Shown: piece by piece, positions 24,503-33,547 of the stretch
Position numbering within the stretch: position 1 is the stretch's first letter
Layout of the letters: every line of letters begins with the position of its first letter
Assembly: GCA_046734915.1 (NCBI GenBank)
Contig: JBKPSC010000081.1
Location: 1-45,029 of the forward strand
Direction of reading: 5' to 3'
DNA: 45,029 nt
Origin: Acidobacteriota bacterium
GTDB taxonomy: Bacteria > Acidobacteriota > Vicinamibacteria > Vicinamibacterales > CAVVIG01
Notes under the pieces: generated by a model
Told to the model about the DNA's origin: nothing
Databases searched by the model: none
What the model saw: only the letters and a program-made list of their open reading frames with translations
Program-made: the position numbers and the translations under genes

Positions 24503-27206
24503 GATACAGGCCCTTTCGCGAGATCCCCAGCGCTTTGGCGGTAACGTCGACGCGTCCATGATGTTTCTGCAGGGCCGCCCCGACCAACTGGCGCTCGATT
24601 CTTGCCAACGCGGCTGGGAGCGACTCCTCCAGGGCCATGCCCTGTGTATCGGTGGCAACGCGCGGCATGGCCCGCAAGGCCCCGCGGATGTCGGGCGAGA
24701 GCGCGTCTGGCGTGAGTGTGTCATCCGCTTCTGCCATCGCGACGATACGCCGCAACTCGTTGTTCAGCTGTCGGATGTTGCCCGGCCACCCGAATAGCGA
24801 CAGCAACTCCATCAGCTCGTTGTCGACTCGCAAGTGCCCCTTGCCGAATTCGGCTGCCGCCCGGGCGACAAACTGGCGGACGAAATGCGGAATCTCGTCG
24901 CGGCGCTCTCTGAGCGGCGGCACCTCCAATGGAAAGACCTTCAGCCGGTAGTAGAGGTCGGCGCGAAAGCGGCCCTCGCGGACCAGGTGCTCGAGGTTCG
25001 CGTTCGTCGCCGCGACCACGCGCGCGTTCACTGTAATGACCTCAGCCTCGCCGAGCGGAGTGATCTCGCCGGACTCGAGGAATCGAAGCAGCTTGGGCTG
25101 CAGCTCGAGTCCGAGCTCGCCGACTTCGTCGAGAAACAGGGTGCCGTCTTTCGCGGCGCGGATGAGGCCGGGATGGTCGCGTTCGGCACCGGTGAACGCC
25201 CCACGGCGGTAGCCGAACAGCTGGCTTTCGAGCAGGTCGCGCGGAACCGCCGTGCAGTTGAACGGGACGAACGGCCGTCCGTTCCGGTTCGAGAACCGGT
25301 GGATGGCTCGCGCCACGATCTCCTTGCCCGTGCCGCTCTCGCCGGTGATGAGGACGCTGACGTTGTTCGGCGCGACCTTCCGCGCCGTGCGCATTACGTC
25401 TCGCATGGCGCCCGCGATGACGGCGCCGTCGCCCTCTTCCGGCAGCTCTTCGATCGGCCACAGGTCCAGTCGCTCCTCGCGTTCCGTCCGCGCCGTCTCG
25501 AGATCGCGGACCACTTCGAGAATCGCGCACACGGCATTCAGCGTCGCAACCGACGTCACGTCGTCGCGAGGGATGCAAGACACCTCGATGGTCCTTCGGC
25601 GAGCCTGGCCGAGGGAGTACGTGCGCTCGGCCAATCCGGTGTCGCTGTCGGATGTCGCCGCCGCGTAGGCGGCCAGCGACTCCAGTTCGCCGTCCTCGTG
25701 CCGTGCCGTCGCCGCAGCCCGCAGCACACAGTCAGCGTCAGCCATGACAGCCACCAGATCGCGGGCCAGCAGGTCGGGCCGCCCGGCGTGCATCAGCAGA
25801 GCGCTCACGTCCTGGACGACGGTGGCCGCCGATTCTGGCCGCGGATCGACGCATGGCAACGCTGGCGCGTCGTTCGCGGAGAGCCGACGGGCCGCGGCCA
25901 TCCAGGTCCGCTCAAGCTGTATCGCGCCGGCGCGATGTCCCAGCCCGTCGAAGAGACGCGAGGCACGGCCACCGTAGGGACGATCGCTGCGATTGCCGGC
26001 ACTCGACAGCGCGCAGGCAATGATCCGATCGTAATGCCCCAGCAGTTCGACCGGCAGCGTCGGCAGAATCGCTCCGAGCGAGTCGAGCTGCCGGATGAAC
26101 TCGGCGAACTGACCGTCGGTCGCGAGGATTTCCGCCCGCGCCAATTGGCACAAGTCCCGGAGCAGCCGATCGCCGGATCTATCCGCGAGCTCCAATGCCG
26201 CCGCCGTCTGATCCAGCGCCTCGCGGTACCGGCCTTCGGCGTTCAACACGAGCGCGCGCGTCAGCTGTGAATGGCGATGCGAATACAAGGTCCGGTCCGC
26301 GTTCGTGTGGAGTCCGCTGTCGATCGTGTCGAGGCCTTCGCGGGCCGCGTCGAGACGGCCCTCGAGCAGGTCGAGGCGCGCCTGGCTCTCGAGGACGGCA
26401 TTGTTGTATTCACCCTCCGCGTGCAACTCGGTCGCGGCACGACGGTAGCACTCGCGGGCTTGATCGAACGCGCCCTGCATCACGTGCAGGATGCCGAGGT
26501 TGCCGAGACAGGCGCGGCGAACGGTCATCGCGCCGCTCAACTCGGCGGCCGCCGACGCGGCGAGTGCGTGCTGAAGGCCCGACTCGACGTCGCTCTCAAT
26601 GATGGCGATCGCGACGAGGCAGTTCTCGGCGAGCGCCTCCAGCCATGCATTCGGGGTCGCCTGCAGCAGGTTCAATCCGAGCCGCGTGAGTCGGCGACCG
26701 GTCTCGAGCACGCCGTGGCGGACGGCGATTTCCCCGACGAAGACGTGCAATGCGGCCGACGCGGTGGGCACGCCGAGTCGCGTCACCTCCTGCCGCGTTT
26801 GCGAGATCCACGACGCGGCGGCCGCCGGCGACACACGACCGCACTGAACGACCATCAGGCGCAATTGAATCCAGCAGGCGCGCTCGGCGTCGCCGGCCAT
26901 GCGCGCCAGATCGCGGGCGCGCTGGAACTGCTCGAGCGCCCGGTCGAACCGGCCCTCGTCCCAGTCGATGAGACCTTGCACGAAGCGGCAGTCGCTCTGG
27001 TAGGCGGGCGGCAAGCCTTTGCTGCGGAGCGCCTTCTCCGCGAGAAATCGGCTGCGGGAGTAGTGACCGAGTCGTTCGAGGAGGCTGACCCGGAGGATGT
27101 CGGCCCCCTGCTTCTCCGCCGTCGTGGCCGCGCCGCCATCCAATGTCCGGAGCGCGTCTACGAATCGTCCAGCCCGGGCGAATCCGAGAGCTTCGGTCAA
27201 CAGCAT
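24477..27206 (-). CDS. Sigma-54-dependent transcriptional activator with a long TPR-like plus GAF-like N-terminal region and a C-terminal Fis-type HTH
   Basis: Walker A ITGESGTGKE, GAFTGA (YRRGAFTGAE), Walker B LFLDEV, and RADLYYRL. The C-terminus ALGISRKGLYLKRQRFGL is Fis-type. About 560 aa of helical-repeat sequence precede the AAA+ core. Confidence 0.9.
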   Translation of the reverse strand: MLLTEALGFARAGRFVDALRTLDGGAATTAEKQGADILRVSLLERLGHYSRSRFLAEKALRSKGLPPAYQSDCRFVQGLIDWDEGRFDRALEQFQRARDLARMAGDAERACWIQLRLMVVQCGRVSPAAAASWISQTRQEVTRLGVPTASAALHVFVGEIAVRHGVLETGRRLTRLGLNLLQATPNAWLEALAENCLVAIAIIESDVESGLQHALAASAAAELSGAMTVRRACLGNLGILHVMQGAFDQARECYRRAATELHAEGEYNNAVLESQARLDLLEGRLDAAREGLDTIDSGLHTNADRTLYSHRHSQLTRALVLNAEGRYREALDQTAAALELADRSGDRLLRDLCQLARAEILATDGQFAEFIRQLDSLGAILPTLPVELLGHYDRIIACALSSAGNRSDRPYGGRASRLFDGLGHRAGAIQLERTWMAAARRLSANDAPALPCVDPRPESAATVVQDVSALLMHAGRPDLLARDLVAVMADADCVLRAAATARHEDGELESLAAYAAATSDSDTGLAERTYSLGQARRRTIEVSCIPRDDVTSVATLNAVCAILEVVRDLETARTEREERLDLWPIEELPEEGDGAVIAGAMRDVMRTARKVAPNNVSVLITGESGTGKEIVARAIHRFSNRNGRPFVPFNCTAVPRDLLESQLFGYRRGAFTGAERDHPGLIRAAKDGTLFLDEVGELGLELQPKLLRFLESGEITPLGEAEVITVNARVVAATNANLEHLVREGRFRADLYYRLKVFPLEVPPLRERRDEIPHFVRQFVARAAAEFGKGHLRVDNELMELLSLFGWPGNIRQLNNELRRIVAMAEADDTLTPDALSPDIRGALRAMPRVATDTQGMALEESLPAALARIERQLVGAALQKHHGRVDVTAKALGISRKGLYLKRQRFGL

Positions 27207-27303
27207 TCCTGCGCCTCGTCGTCGCGGATCATTGTCAGCGAATCGGCCGGCCCGATCGGAATCGATCGCCTGGATCCACCCGTTTTCGTGCAGAACCCTG
27301 GGT

Positions 27304-28437
27304 TCAGGGCACGCGGTCTTCCTGCCGACTGAGCTCCGCCGCGTGGGGTTGGCCGACGACGCGCGCGTACACCGCCGCCGTCTCGGCGACCATCTGCTCC
27401 ACCGTGAAATGCCGCTGCACGCGCGCGAAGCCCTCCATGGCCATGCGCCGGCGTTGCGGCTCGTCGTTCAGCAGGGTCACGATCGCGTTCGCCAGCGCCG
27501 GTGCGTCCCTGGGGGGCACGATGAGGCCGGTGCTGCCGTCGTCGACGACTTCCGGAATGCCGCCCGCCCGAGTCGCCACGATCGCCTTCGAGCAGGCCAT
27601 GGCGTCGAGCAGCGAGGTGCCAAGACCCTCGGTTACCGAGCTCATCACGAAGAGATCGCAACCCTTGATGCAGCCCAGGATATCGATGCGGAATCCCGGC
27701 AGGAGCACGTGCTTCTCGAGGCGGTGATCGTGAATGAGCCGCTCGAGGTGCTCGCGAAGATCGCCTTCGCCGAAGATCACGAATCTGGCGTCGGGCATCT
27801 CGCGGATGACCAGGTGCGCCGCCTCGATGAGATAGCGTTGACCTTTGTGGGGAACGAGCGCGGCCACGTTGCACACGAGCGGCGCGTGATGCGGCAGCCA
27901 CAGCGTTTCGTGCACGTTCACGGGTGGGGCCGCCAGCACGTGCTCGACGTCGATGCCCTCGTGAACCGTGACGGCGCGCTCCTCGGACACGCCGTCGGCA
28001 ACGACCATGTCGCGAATCGCATTCGACGCGCAGATGAAGCAGTCGACCTGCCGGTGCTTCCAGCGCGAGAGCGAGTTGGCCTTGAGGTGGAAGTCCACGC
28101 GCCGCGAAGCGACCAGCGCCGGCGAGTTGCCCGAGGCGCTCATCGACAGCGCCAGCGCCGCCATGGCGACGCCGTGCGGATCGTGCGCGTGCACCACGTC
28201 GGGCCGCAGCCGGCGCACGACCCGCGCCAGGCGCCAGGCGGCCGACAGGTCCATCTCCGTTCGTGGCGCGAGCGGGACGAGATCCAATCCCTCGGCCGCT
28301 CGCTTGCGCAACTCGCCATCGGGGTGCGCGACGAGCGCCGTCCGATGGCCCAGCGCGCGGAGACCGTTGACCGTCAGGAGCACCTGGCTCTGTCCGCCGC
28401 GCCAGGTCCGCGCTGTGTCGATGTGAAGGGAGAACAC
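27304..28437 (-). CDS. Glycosyltransferase family 4 (GT-B, group 1)
   Basis: The N-terminus carries ...WRGGQSQV. The C-terminal FVMSSVTEGLGTSLLDAMACSKAIVATRAGGIPEVV is an E-x7-E type motif. GTG start. Confidence 0.85.
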   Translation of the reverse strand: MFSLHIDTARTWRGGQSQVLLTVNGLRALGHRTALVAHPDGELRKRAAEGLDLVPLAPRTEMDLSAAWRLARVVRRLRPDVVHAHDPHGVAMAALALSMSASGNSPALVASRRVDFHLKANSLSRWKHRQVDCFICASNAIRDMVVADGVSEERAVTVHEGIDVEHVLAAPPVNVHETLWLPHHAPLVCNVAALVPHKGQRYLIEAAHLVIREMPDARFVIFGEGDLREHLERLIHDHRLEKHVLLPGFRIDILGCIKGCDLFVMSSVTEGLGTSLLDAMACSKAIVATRAGGIPEVVDDGSTGLIVPPRDAPALANAIVTLLNDEPQRRRMAMEGFARVQRHFTVEQMVAETAAVYARVVGQPHAAELSRQEDRVP

Positions 28438-28461
28438 TGGCGTTCTAGGGTGCCGTGACCA

Positions 28462-29217
28462 TCACGACCGTTCGCTCCGCTGCAGCTCCCACAGTTTCGC
28501 CAACTTGAGAAAGACGTAGTAGGCGTTCATCACCGAGATGACAAATCCGGCCTGGCCATCGCGGAAGCCGCCGCGTGCCACGTAGTTGCGGAAGAAGGCG
28601 AGCGGCGGGTGGCCGGCGAGCTGCAGCCATCCGGCCGTGCGGCCGGCCTCACGCATCTGCCGCGCCGCGAGCGACGTGTAGCGATCGATCGTCTCGAGGT
28701 GATCCGAGAGGTTCCGGTACGCGTAGTGCTGGATCTCCTGCGTGAGGGTGCCGATGGCGCCGTCGACGTGCACGGCCTCGTGGACATACGCGCCGGACCA
28801 CCGGGCTCGTGTCCGATCGTAGAGGCGCAGCTGGTGATCGGGGTACCAGTCGGTGCTGCGGATCCAGCGACCCAGGTGCCACGTGACGCGCGGCACTTCA
28901 TACGCCGCCGCCCCTGGAGTGCCGGCGAGCAGCCGGCCAATCTCCGCGGCGAGGGACGGCGTAATCCGCTCGTCGGCGTCGAGCGACAGAATCCAGTCGT
29001 TCGACGCCATCGCCGCGGCGACGTTCTTCTGCGCGCCGTAGCCAGGCCACTCGCGGACGATCACCCGGTTCGTGAACCGGCGCGCGATGCCGACGGTGTC
29101 GTCGGTGCTGCCGGAATCGACGACGACGATCTCATCCGCCCAGAGCGCCGACTCGAGCGCCGGACCAATGTCGGCGGCCTCGTTGTAGGTGATGACTGTG
29201 ACCGAGAGCTTCGGCAC
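28462..29217 (-). CDS. Glycosyltransferase family 2
   Basis: LSVTVITYNEA...IVVVDSGSTDDT...LSLDADE contains DxD. Confidence 0.85.
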   Translation of the reverse strand: MPKLSVTVITYNEAADIGPALESALWADEIVVVDSGSTDDTVGIARRFTNRVIVREWPGYGAQKNVAAAMASNDWILSLDADERITPSLAAEIGRLLAGTPGAAAYEVPRVTWHLGRWIRSTDWYPDHQLRLYDRTRARWSGAYVHEAVHVDGAIGTLTQEIQHYAYRNLSDHLETIDRYTSLAARQMREAGRTAGWLQLAGHPPLAFFRNYVARGGFRDGQAGFVISVMNAYYVFLKLAKLWELQRSERS

Positions 29218-29245
29218 ACCGGGAGTCTAGCAGACGAAAACTTTC

Positions 29246-29412
29246 AAATGAGGATTGAGGGATTGAGGGATTGAGGAGTCGGAAAATGAGGGAATCCAGG
29301 AAATGAGTTGGGGGGTTGGGGACAGGACTAAGGTTAGTCTTAACCCAATCCCTCGATCCTTCATTCCCCGCAATTTCTCATTCCCTCATTCCCTGAATCC
29401 CTCATTCCAAAT
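29246..29412. repeat. Long imperfect palindrome (element C) built from (A/T)TTGAGGG / AATGAGGG octamers
   Basis: The left arm is aaatgaggattgagggattgagggattgagga...aatgagggaat. The right arm is attccccgcaatttctcattccctcattccctgaatccctcatt. A central small hairpin gacta-aggt-tagtc is present. The element fills the tolC-GT2 spacer. Confidence 0.8.
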
Positions 29413-31080
29413 TCACTGAGTCGTGGTGGTGGTGGTGGTTAGCTGCTGTGGCGATCGCAGTGGGACTTCCTGGACTGCCTCGTAGTCGACCTGTGACTTG
29501 TTGTAATCGAGGACAGCTTTGACTTCGTTGGTCCGCGCCTGCGCGAGGTCGCGCTGCGCCTGAAAGACGAAGAAGGTGGTCTGGATGCCGGCCGCCATTT
29601 TCTTCTCTTCAGCCTCGAGGCGGCGCTCCGCCAGCTCGCGGGCGGCTCTCGACGTGTCGACGCGTTGACGGTTGGTCTGCACCTGACGCGCCGCATCTCT
29701 GACTTGTGCCGCGACCTGGAGTTCCACATTGCGCAGTGAGGCCTGCGACTGCTGGTACTGCAGCCGCGCCTTCGCGAGGTTCGCTTCGGACGAACTGGTG
29801 CCGATGGGGTATCCGATGTTCACGCCAAACGACCAGGCCGGATAAGCGTTCGTGAAGACGTCGTTGATGACCGATCCAAACCCACGCTGCGAGAGGACGT
29901 TCCGTGCCGGGATCGACCCGCCGCTCAGCGAGGACAACGACAGCGGCTCGAGCCGTGTGCCACCCACGCCCACCAGGCCGTAGGACGCAACGGCGTTCAC
30001 CTCGGGCAGGACCTGATTGCGCAGGTAGCGGATGGTGATGTCGTCCTGCTGCAACCCGTTCTTCGCCTGGCGGACCTCGGAGCGGTTGGCCATCGCGCGC
30101 TGCACGGCGGCGTCGACGTCGAGCGCGACATCGGCGAAAGGCGCGGCGTCGCTCGGCTCGAGTGTCGTGGTCCAGAAGTCAGGCATGCTCGGGTCGAAGA
30201 TGAGCACGCGGAGCCGGTCTTCGGCCTGCTTGATGGCGGACTCGGCCACGATGACGGTCTCCTGATTGCGCGCCACTTCCGATTGCGCTTCGACGATGTC
30301 GATCGGCGCCATGGTGCCGATCTGGACGCGTTTCTCGTTGTCGCCGAGCAGCCGCCGGGCGAGATCGAGCGACTGACGCTGGACGGTCAGGTTGTCGATG
30401 GCGAACGCCAGGTCCCAGTACGCGTTCTTGACGTTGCGCGTGGTTTCCACTGTCGCCGCGCGCAAGTTGACGTCCGAGATCTCGCGAATCTTCTGGTTGA
30501 TCTGGAGCTCCTGTCTGACGTCATCGATCTTCCAGTTTCTCAGCAGCGGCTGGGTAACGTTGAGCGCCAGGTTCGATCGCAGCTGGGGATCGTAGTTGTT
30601 GAAGAAGTTCGTCGACGTCGATCGGTTGCCGTTCCACGACACGTTGTAGTTCGCGCCGGTCGGCAACCGCTGCTCGACGCCCAACCCGGTCTGGAAGAGT
30701 CCGTCGGTGACCTTCGTCTGGCCGCCGGAGAACGTGCTGGTGGCCGGGTTGGCGGTCGACGTGTTGAGAAGGCTGCTCGTGAGCGTGGGCGCCCAGGCCG
30801 CCCGCGTCTGCGCGATGCTCATGTCGTCAATCTGCGGGTTGAATCGCTCGATCTGGATGCCCAGGTTCTGCTCGAGCGCCAGCGCCACGGCGTCGTTGAC
30901 GGACAGGCGGCGGACCGGAGCAGATGTCTGCGAAGACTGCTGCTCGGCCGCGGCCGTCAGTTGAAGCGGTGCAATCGACGATGGGGTTTGGGCCGGCGCC
31001 GTGCGCGCGGTCAGGGTCAAGGCGGCGACAAGCGACAGTCGGGCCAGCACAGTCGAGTAACGCATTGCCAAGCGCTCCAT
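29413..31080 (-). CDS. TolC-family outer membrane efflux protein
   Basis: ATG at 31080 (or 31065) precedes the signal peptide MRYSTVLARLSLVAALTLTARTAPAQ. It has two repeated coiled-coil/beta-barrel halves with motifs such as LSVNDAVALALEQN. The longer ORF to 31236 approaches pyrE. Confidence 0.85.
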   Translation of the reverse strand: MERLAMRYSTVLARLSLVAALTLTARTAPAQTPSSIAPLQLTAAAEQQSSQTSAPVRRLSVNDAVALALEQNLGIQIERFNPQIDDMSIAQTRAAWAPTLTSSLLNTSTANPATSTFSGGQTKVTDGLFQTGLGVEQRLPTGANYNVSWNGNRSTSTNFFNNYDPQLRSNLALNVTQPLLRNWKIDDVRQELQINQKIREISDVNLRAATVETTRNVKNAYWDLAFAIDNLTVQRQSLDLARRLLGDNEKRVQIGTMAPIDIVEAQSEVARNQETVIVAESAIKQAEDRLRVLIFDPSMPDFWTTTLEPSDAAPFADVALDVDAAVQRAMANRSEVRQAKNGLQQDDITIRYLRNQVLPEVNAVASYGLVGVGGTRLEPLSLSSLSGGSIPARNVLSQRGFGSVINDVFTNAYPAWSFGVNIGYPIGTSSSEANLAKARLQYQQSQASLRNVELQVAAQVRDAARQVQTNRQRVDTSRAARELAERRLEAEEKKMAAGIQTTFFVFQAQRDLAQARTNEVKAVLDYNKSQVDYEAVQEVPLRSPQQLTTTTTTTQ

Positions 31081-31176
31081 CACAAAGATCCGGTGGTTAG
31101 TCTGTGTAGTAGACGGCCGGACGGCCAGATCGGTTCGGGTGTCGTCTAGGTATACTACCCAACTGCTTACGGTGAC

Positions 31177-31752
31177 ATGACCCGCGACGAATGGCTCGAC
31201 CTTTTCCGGCGCTCGGGCGCGCTGCTCGAAGGCCATTTCCTGTTGTCATCAGGCTTGCACAGCAGCGGCTATCTCCAATGTGCCCTGGTGCTCTCGCATC
31301 CGGCACACGCCGAGACGCTGGGGCGGGCCATTGCCGCCCGACTGCGCGGCCTGCGGCCGACGGTCATCCTCTCCCCGGCACTTGGCGGCGTCGTCATCGG
31401 CCACGAGGTCGCGCGGGCGCTCGGCGTGCGCGCGTTGTTCGCTGAGCGCCAGGATGGCGTCCTCACCCTGAGGCGCGGGTTCACCCTCAGCGAATCGGAC
31501 CGTGTGGTGGTGATCGAGGACGTGCTGACAACCGGGCGATCGACACGCGAAACAATGCAGGTCGCGAGCGCCGCGGGCGGCACCGTGGTCGGCGTTGGAT
31601 CAATCGTCGACCGGAGTAGCGGGGAGGCGAACCTGGGCGTGCCGTTCGTTTCGCTGTTCGACATGGCGTTGCCCACTTTCGAGCCTGGGGACTGCCCGCT
31701 CTGCCGGCAAGGCTCGGTCGCGATCAAGCCTGGATCACGGGGCGACGCCTGA
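31177..31752 (+). CDS. pyrE: Orotate phosphoribosyltransferase
   Basis: GHFLLSSGLHSSGYLQC and the PRPP loop VVVIEDVLTTGRST. Confidence 0.9.
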   Translation: MTRDEWLDLFRRSGALLEGHFLLSSGLHSSGYLQCALVLSHPAHAETLGRAIAARLRGLRPTVILSPALGGVVIGHEVARALGVRALFAERQDGVLTLRRGFTLSESDRVVVIEDVLTTGRSTRETMQVASAAGGTVVGVGSIVDRSSGEANLGVPFVSLFDMALPTFEPGDCPLCRQGSVAIKPGSRGDA

Positions 31753-31878
31753 AAATTGCGGAACGGCAGAATTGCAGGATTGCAGGAAGGAAAGGAAGGA
31801 AGGACGGATGGCGTGCTGCTGCAGTACCTTTCCACAATAGCCTTTCTGTAATCCTGCAATTCTGCAATCCTGCAATTT
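31753..31878. repeat. Long imperfect palindrome (element D) built from AATTGCAGG/ATTGCAGG units
   Basis: Arms 31753-31790 and 31841-31878 are complementary at 32 of 38 positions by my count. The loop contains a GGAA-rich run. The element starts right after the pyrE stop and ends 1 nt before the truA ATG. Confidence 0.85.
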
Positions 31879-31879
31879 G

Positions 31880-32701
31880 ATGCGTAAGTTCCGATTGACG
31901 CTGGCCTACGATGGTAGCGGGCTGGTCGGCTGGCAACGTCAGGCATCGGGCACGTCGGTGCAGGCCCTTCTGGAAGACGTCCTCGCCGTGCTTGACGGAC
32001 AGCCGGTTGCCGTCGAAGGCGCCGGACGGACCGATGCTGGTGTGCACGCGCTCGGTCAGGTCGCAAGCTTCAGCCTTGCGCGCGACATCGACCCGTCGAC
32101 GCTCGTTCGGGCGCTCAACTTTCACCTGCCTGACTCGGTGCGGGCCGTCGATGTGGTACCGGTCGACGAGGCTTTTCACGCCCGCTTCAGCGCGCGCGGC
32201 AAGCACTACCGGTATCACCTCTGGAACGGCGGTGCCGTGCCGCCGATGCTCAAGCGTTACGTGTGGCACGTGCCGCTGCCGGCACTCGATGAGTCCGCGA
32301 TGAACGAAGCCGCGCGGCTGCTCGAGGGCGACCACGACTTCGCCGCATTTCAGTCCGTCGGCACCGACGTGCCGACGACCAGGCGCGTGATCGCCGCATC
32401 GACCGTGCGCACGATCGCCGGTCCCGAGGCCGGCCTCATCGCCGGTCTCGAGGCGACGGCCGGTGCGCTCGTCGTCTACGACGTCAACGGCGATGGGTTT
32501 CTCCGCCACATGGTTCGATCGATCGTCGGGACCCTGGTCGAGATCGGTCAGGGGCGTCGCCCGCCGGACTGGATGAGGGCCGTACTGGAGTCAGGAGACC
32601 GGGCTCAGGCCGGACGCACCGCGCCGCCTGAAGGGCTCTTTCTCGTCGCCGTGCGCTACGAACCGCCGGCCGGAACGCTCACAGACCGCATGGTACAATA
32701 G
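31880..32701 (+). CDS. truA: tRNA pseudouridine(38-40) synthase
   Basis: LTLAYDGSGLVGWQRQ and GAGRTDAGVHALGQV (catalytic Asp motif). Confidence 0.9.
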   Translation: MRKFRLTLAYDGSGLVGWQRQASGTSVQALLEDVLAVLDGQPVAVEGAGRTDAGVHALGQVASFSLARDIDPSTLVRALNFHLPDSVRAVDVVPVDEAFHARFSARGKHYRYHLWNGGAVPPMLKRYVWHVPLPALDESAMNEAARLLEGDHDFAAFQSVGTDVPTTRRVIAASTVRTIAGPEAGLIAGLEATAGALVVYDVNGDGFLRHMVRSIVGTLVEIGQGRRPPDWMRAVLESGDRAQAGRTAPPEGLFLVAVRYEPPAGTLTDRMVQ

Positions 32702-32730
32702 CCGTTTTTCAGCGAGGGACGGCACAGAGC

Positions 32731-33522
32731 ATGTCGCTTGAGGAGCTGTTGGCGTTCATCCCGGCCGGATCTCCGGACGAGGCACTGGCGCGACAGGTCA
32801 ACTTCGAGCAGCTTCCGGCCCATGTCGCCATCATCATGGATGGCAACGGACGGTGGGCCGCGCGGCGGCATCTGCCCCGCGTCGAAGGACACCGTGCCGG
32901 CATCGACGCCGTGCGCGACGTCGTCGAGACCTCGGCCCGGCTCGGCATCGGGGTGCTGACGCTGTATGCGTTTTCAGTCGAGAACTGGAAGCGGCCGCCG
33001 GCTGAAGTCAACACGCTGATGCTGCTCCTGAAGCGCTACATCCGCTCCGAGCTGGACACACTCGATCGCAACAACATCCGTTTCCAGGTAATCGGCCGTC
33101 CCGACGCCCTGGCGCGCGACGTGCAGCGGGAGCTTGAAATCGGTATCGAGCGAACGGCCTCGAACACGGGAATGCTGTTCAACATCGCGCTGAACTACGG
33201 CGGAAGAACCGAGATCGTGGACGCCGTCCGGCGGGCGATGGCGTCCGGTCTGGCGCCGGCCGACCTCGATGAGCGCGCGTTCTCGAATCTGCTCTATACC
33301 GCCGGTCAGCCGGATCCCGATCTGCTCATCCGCACCAGCGGCGAGATGCGCGTCAGCAATTTCCTGCTGTGGCAGATTGCCTACGCCGAAATCTGGGTGA
33401 CCGAGACGCTGTGGCCAGACTTCCGGCGTCGCGATCTGCTGAACGCCGTCCTGGCGTATCAGAAGCGCGATCGCCGCTACGGCGGCATCAAGCCGTCGCC
33501 TGTGGCGCTCGGCGCCAAGTGA
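32731..33522 (+). CDS. uppS: Isoprenyl transferase (undecaprenyl diphosphate synthase)
   Basis: HVAIIMDGNGRWA, LTLYAFSVENWKRP and IRTSGEMRVSNFLLWQ. Confidence 0.92.
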   Translation: MSLEELLAFIPAGSPDEALARQVNFEQLPAHVAIIMDGNGRWAARRHLPRVEGHRAGIDAVRDVVETSARLGIGVLTLYAFSVENWKRPPAEVNTLMLLLKRYIRSELDTLDRNNIRFQVIGRPDALARDVQRELEIGIERTASNTGMLFNIALNYGGRTEIVDAVRRAMASGLAPADLDERAFSNLLYTAGQPDPDLLIRTSGEMRVSNFLLWQIAYAEIWVTETLWPDFRRRDLLNAVLAYQKRDRRYGGIKPSPVALGAK

Positions 33523-33547
33523 CTCGGACGCTGGGGACAGGCCGTCG

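Noticed and set aside
27293-27305. The palindrome gaaccc-t-gggttc at the GT4 stop codon, upstream of the activator gene.
   Set aside because: It is too short, with a 1-nt loop, to be a stable RNA hairpin. No second copy or promoter elements were evident, so I cannot support a function.
29246-29412. The tandem short repeats could be read as a CRISPR array or as a satellite.
   Set aside because: The units are only 8-9 nt and directly abut each other with no spacers. They are arranged as two inverted arms. No cas genes are present.
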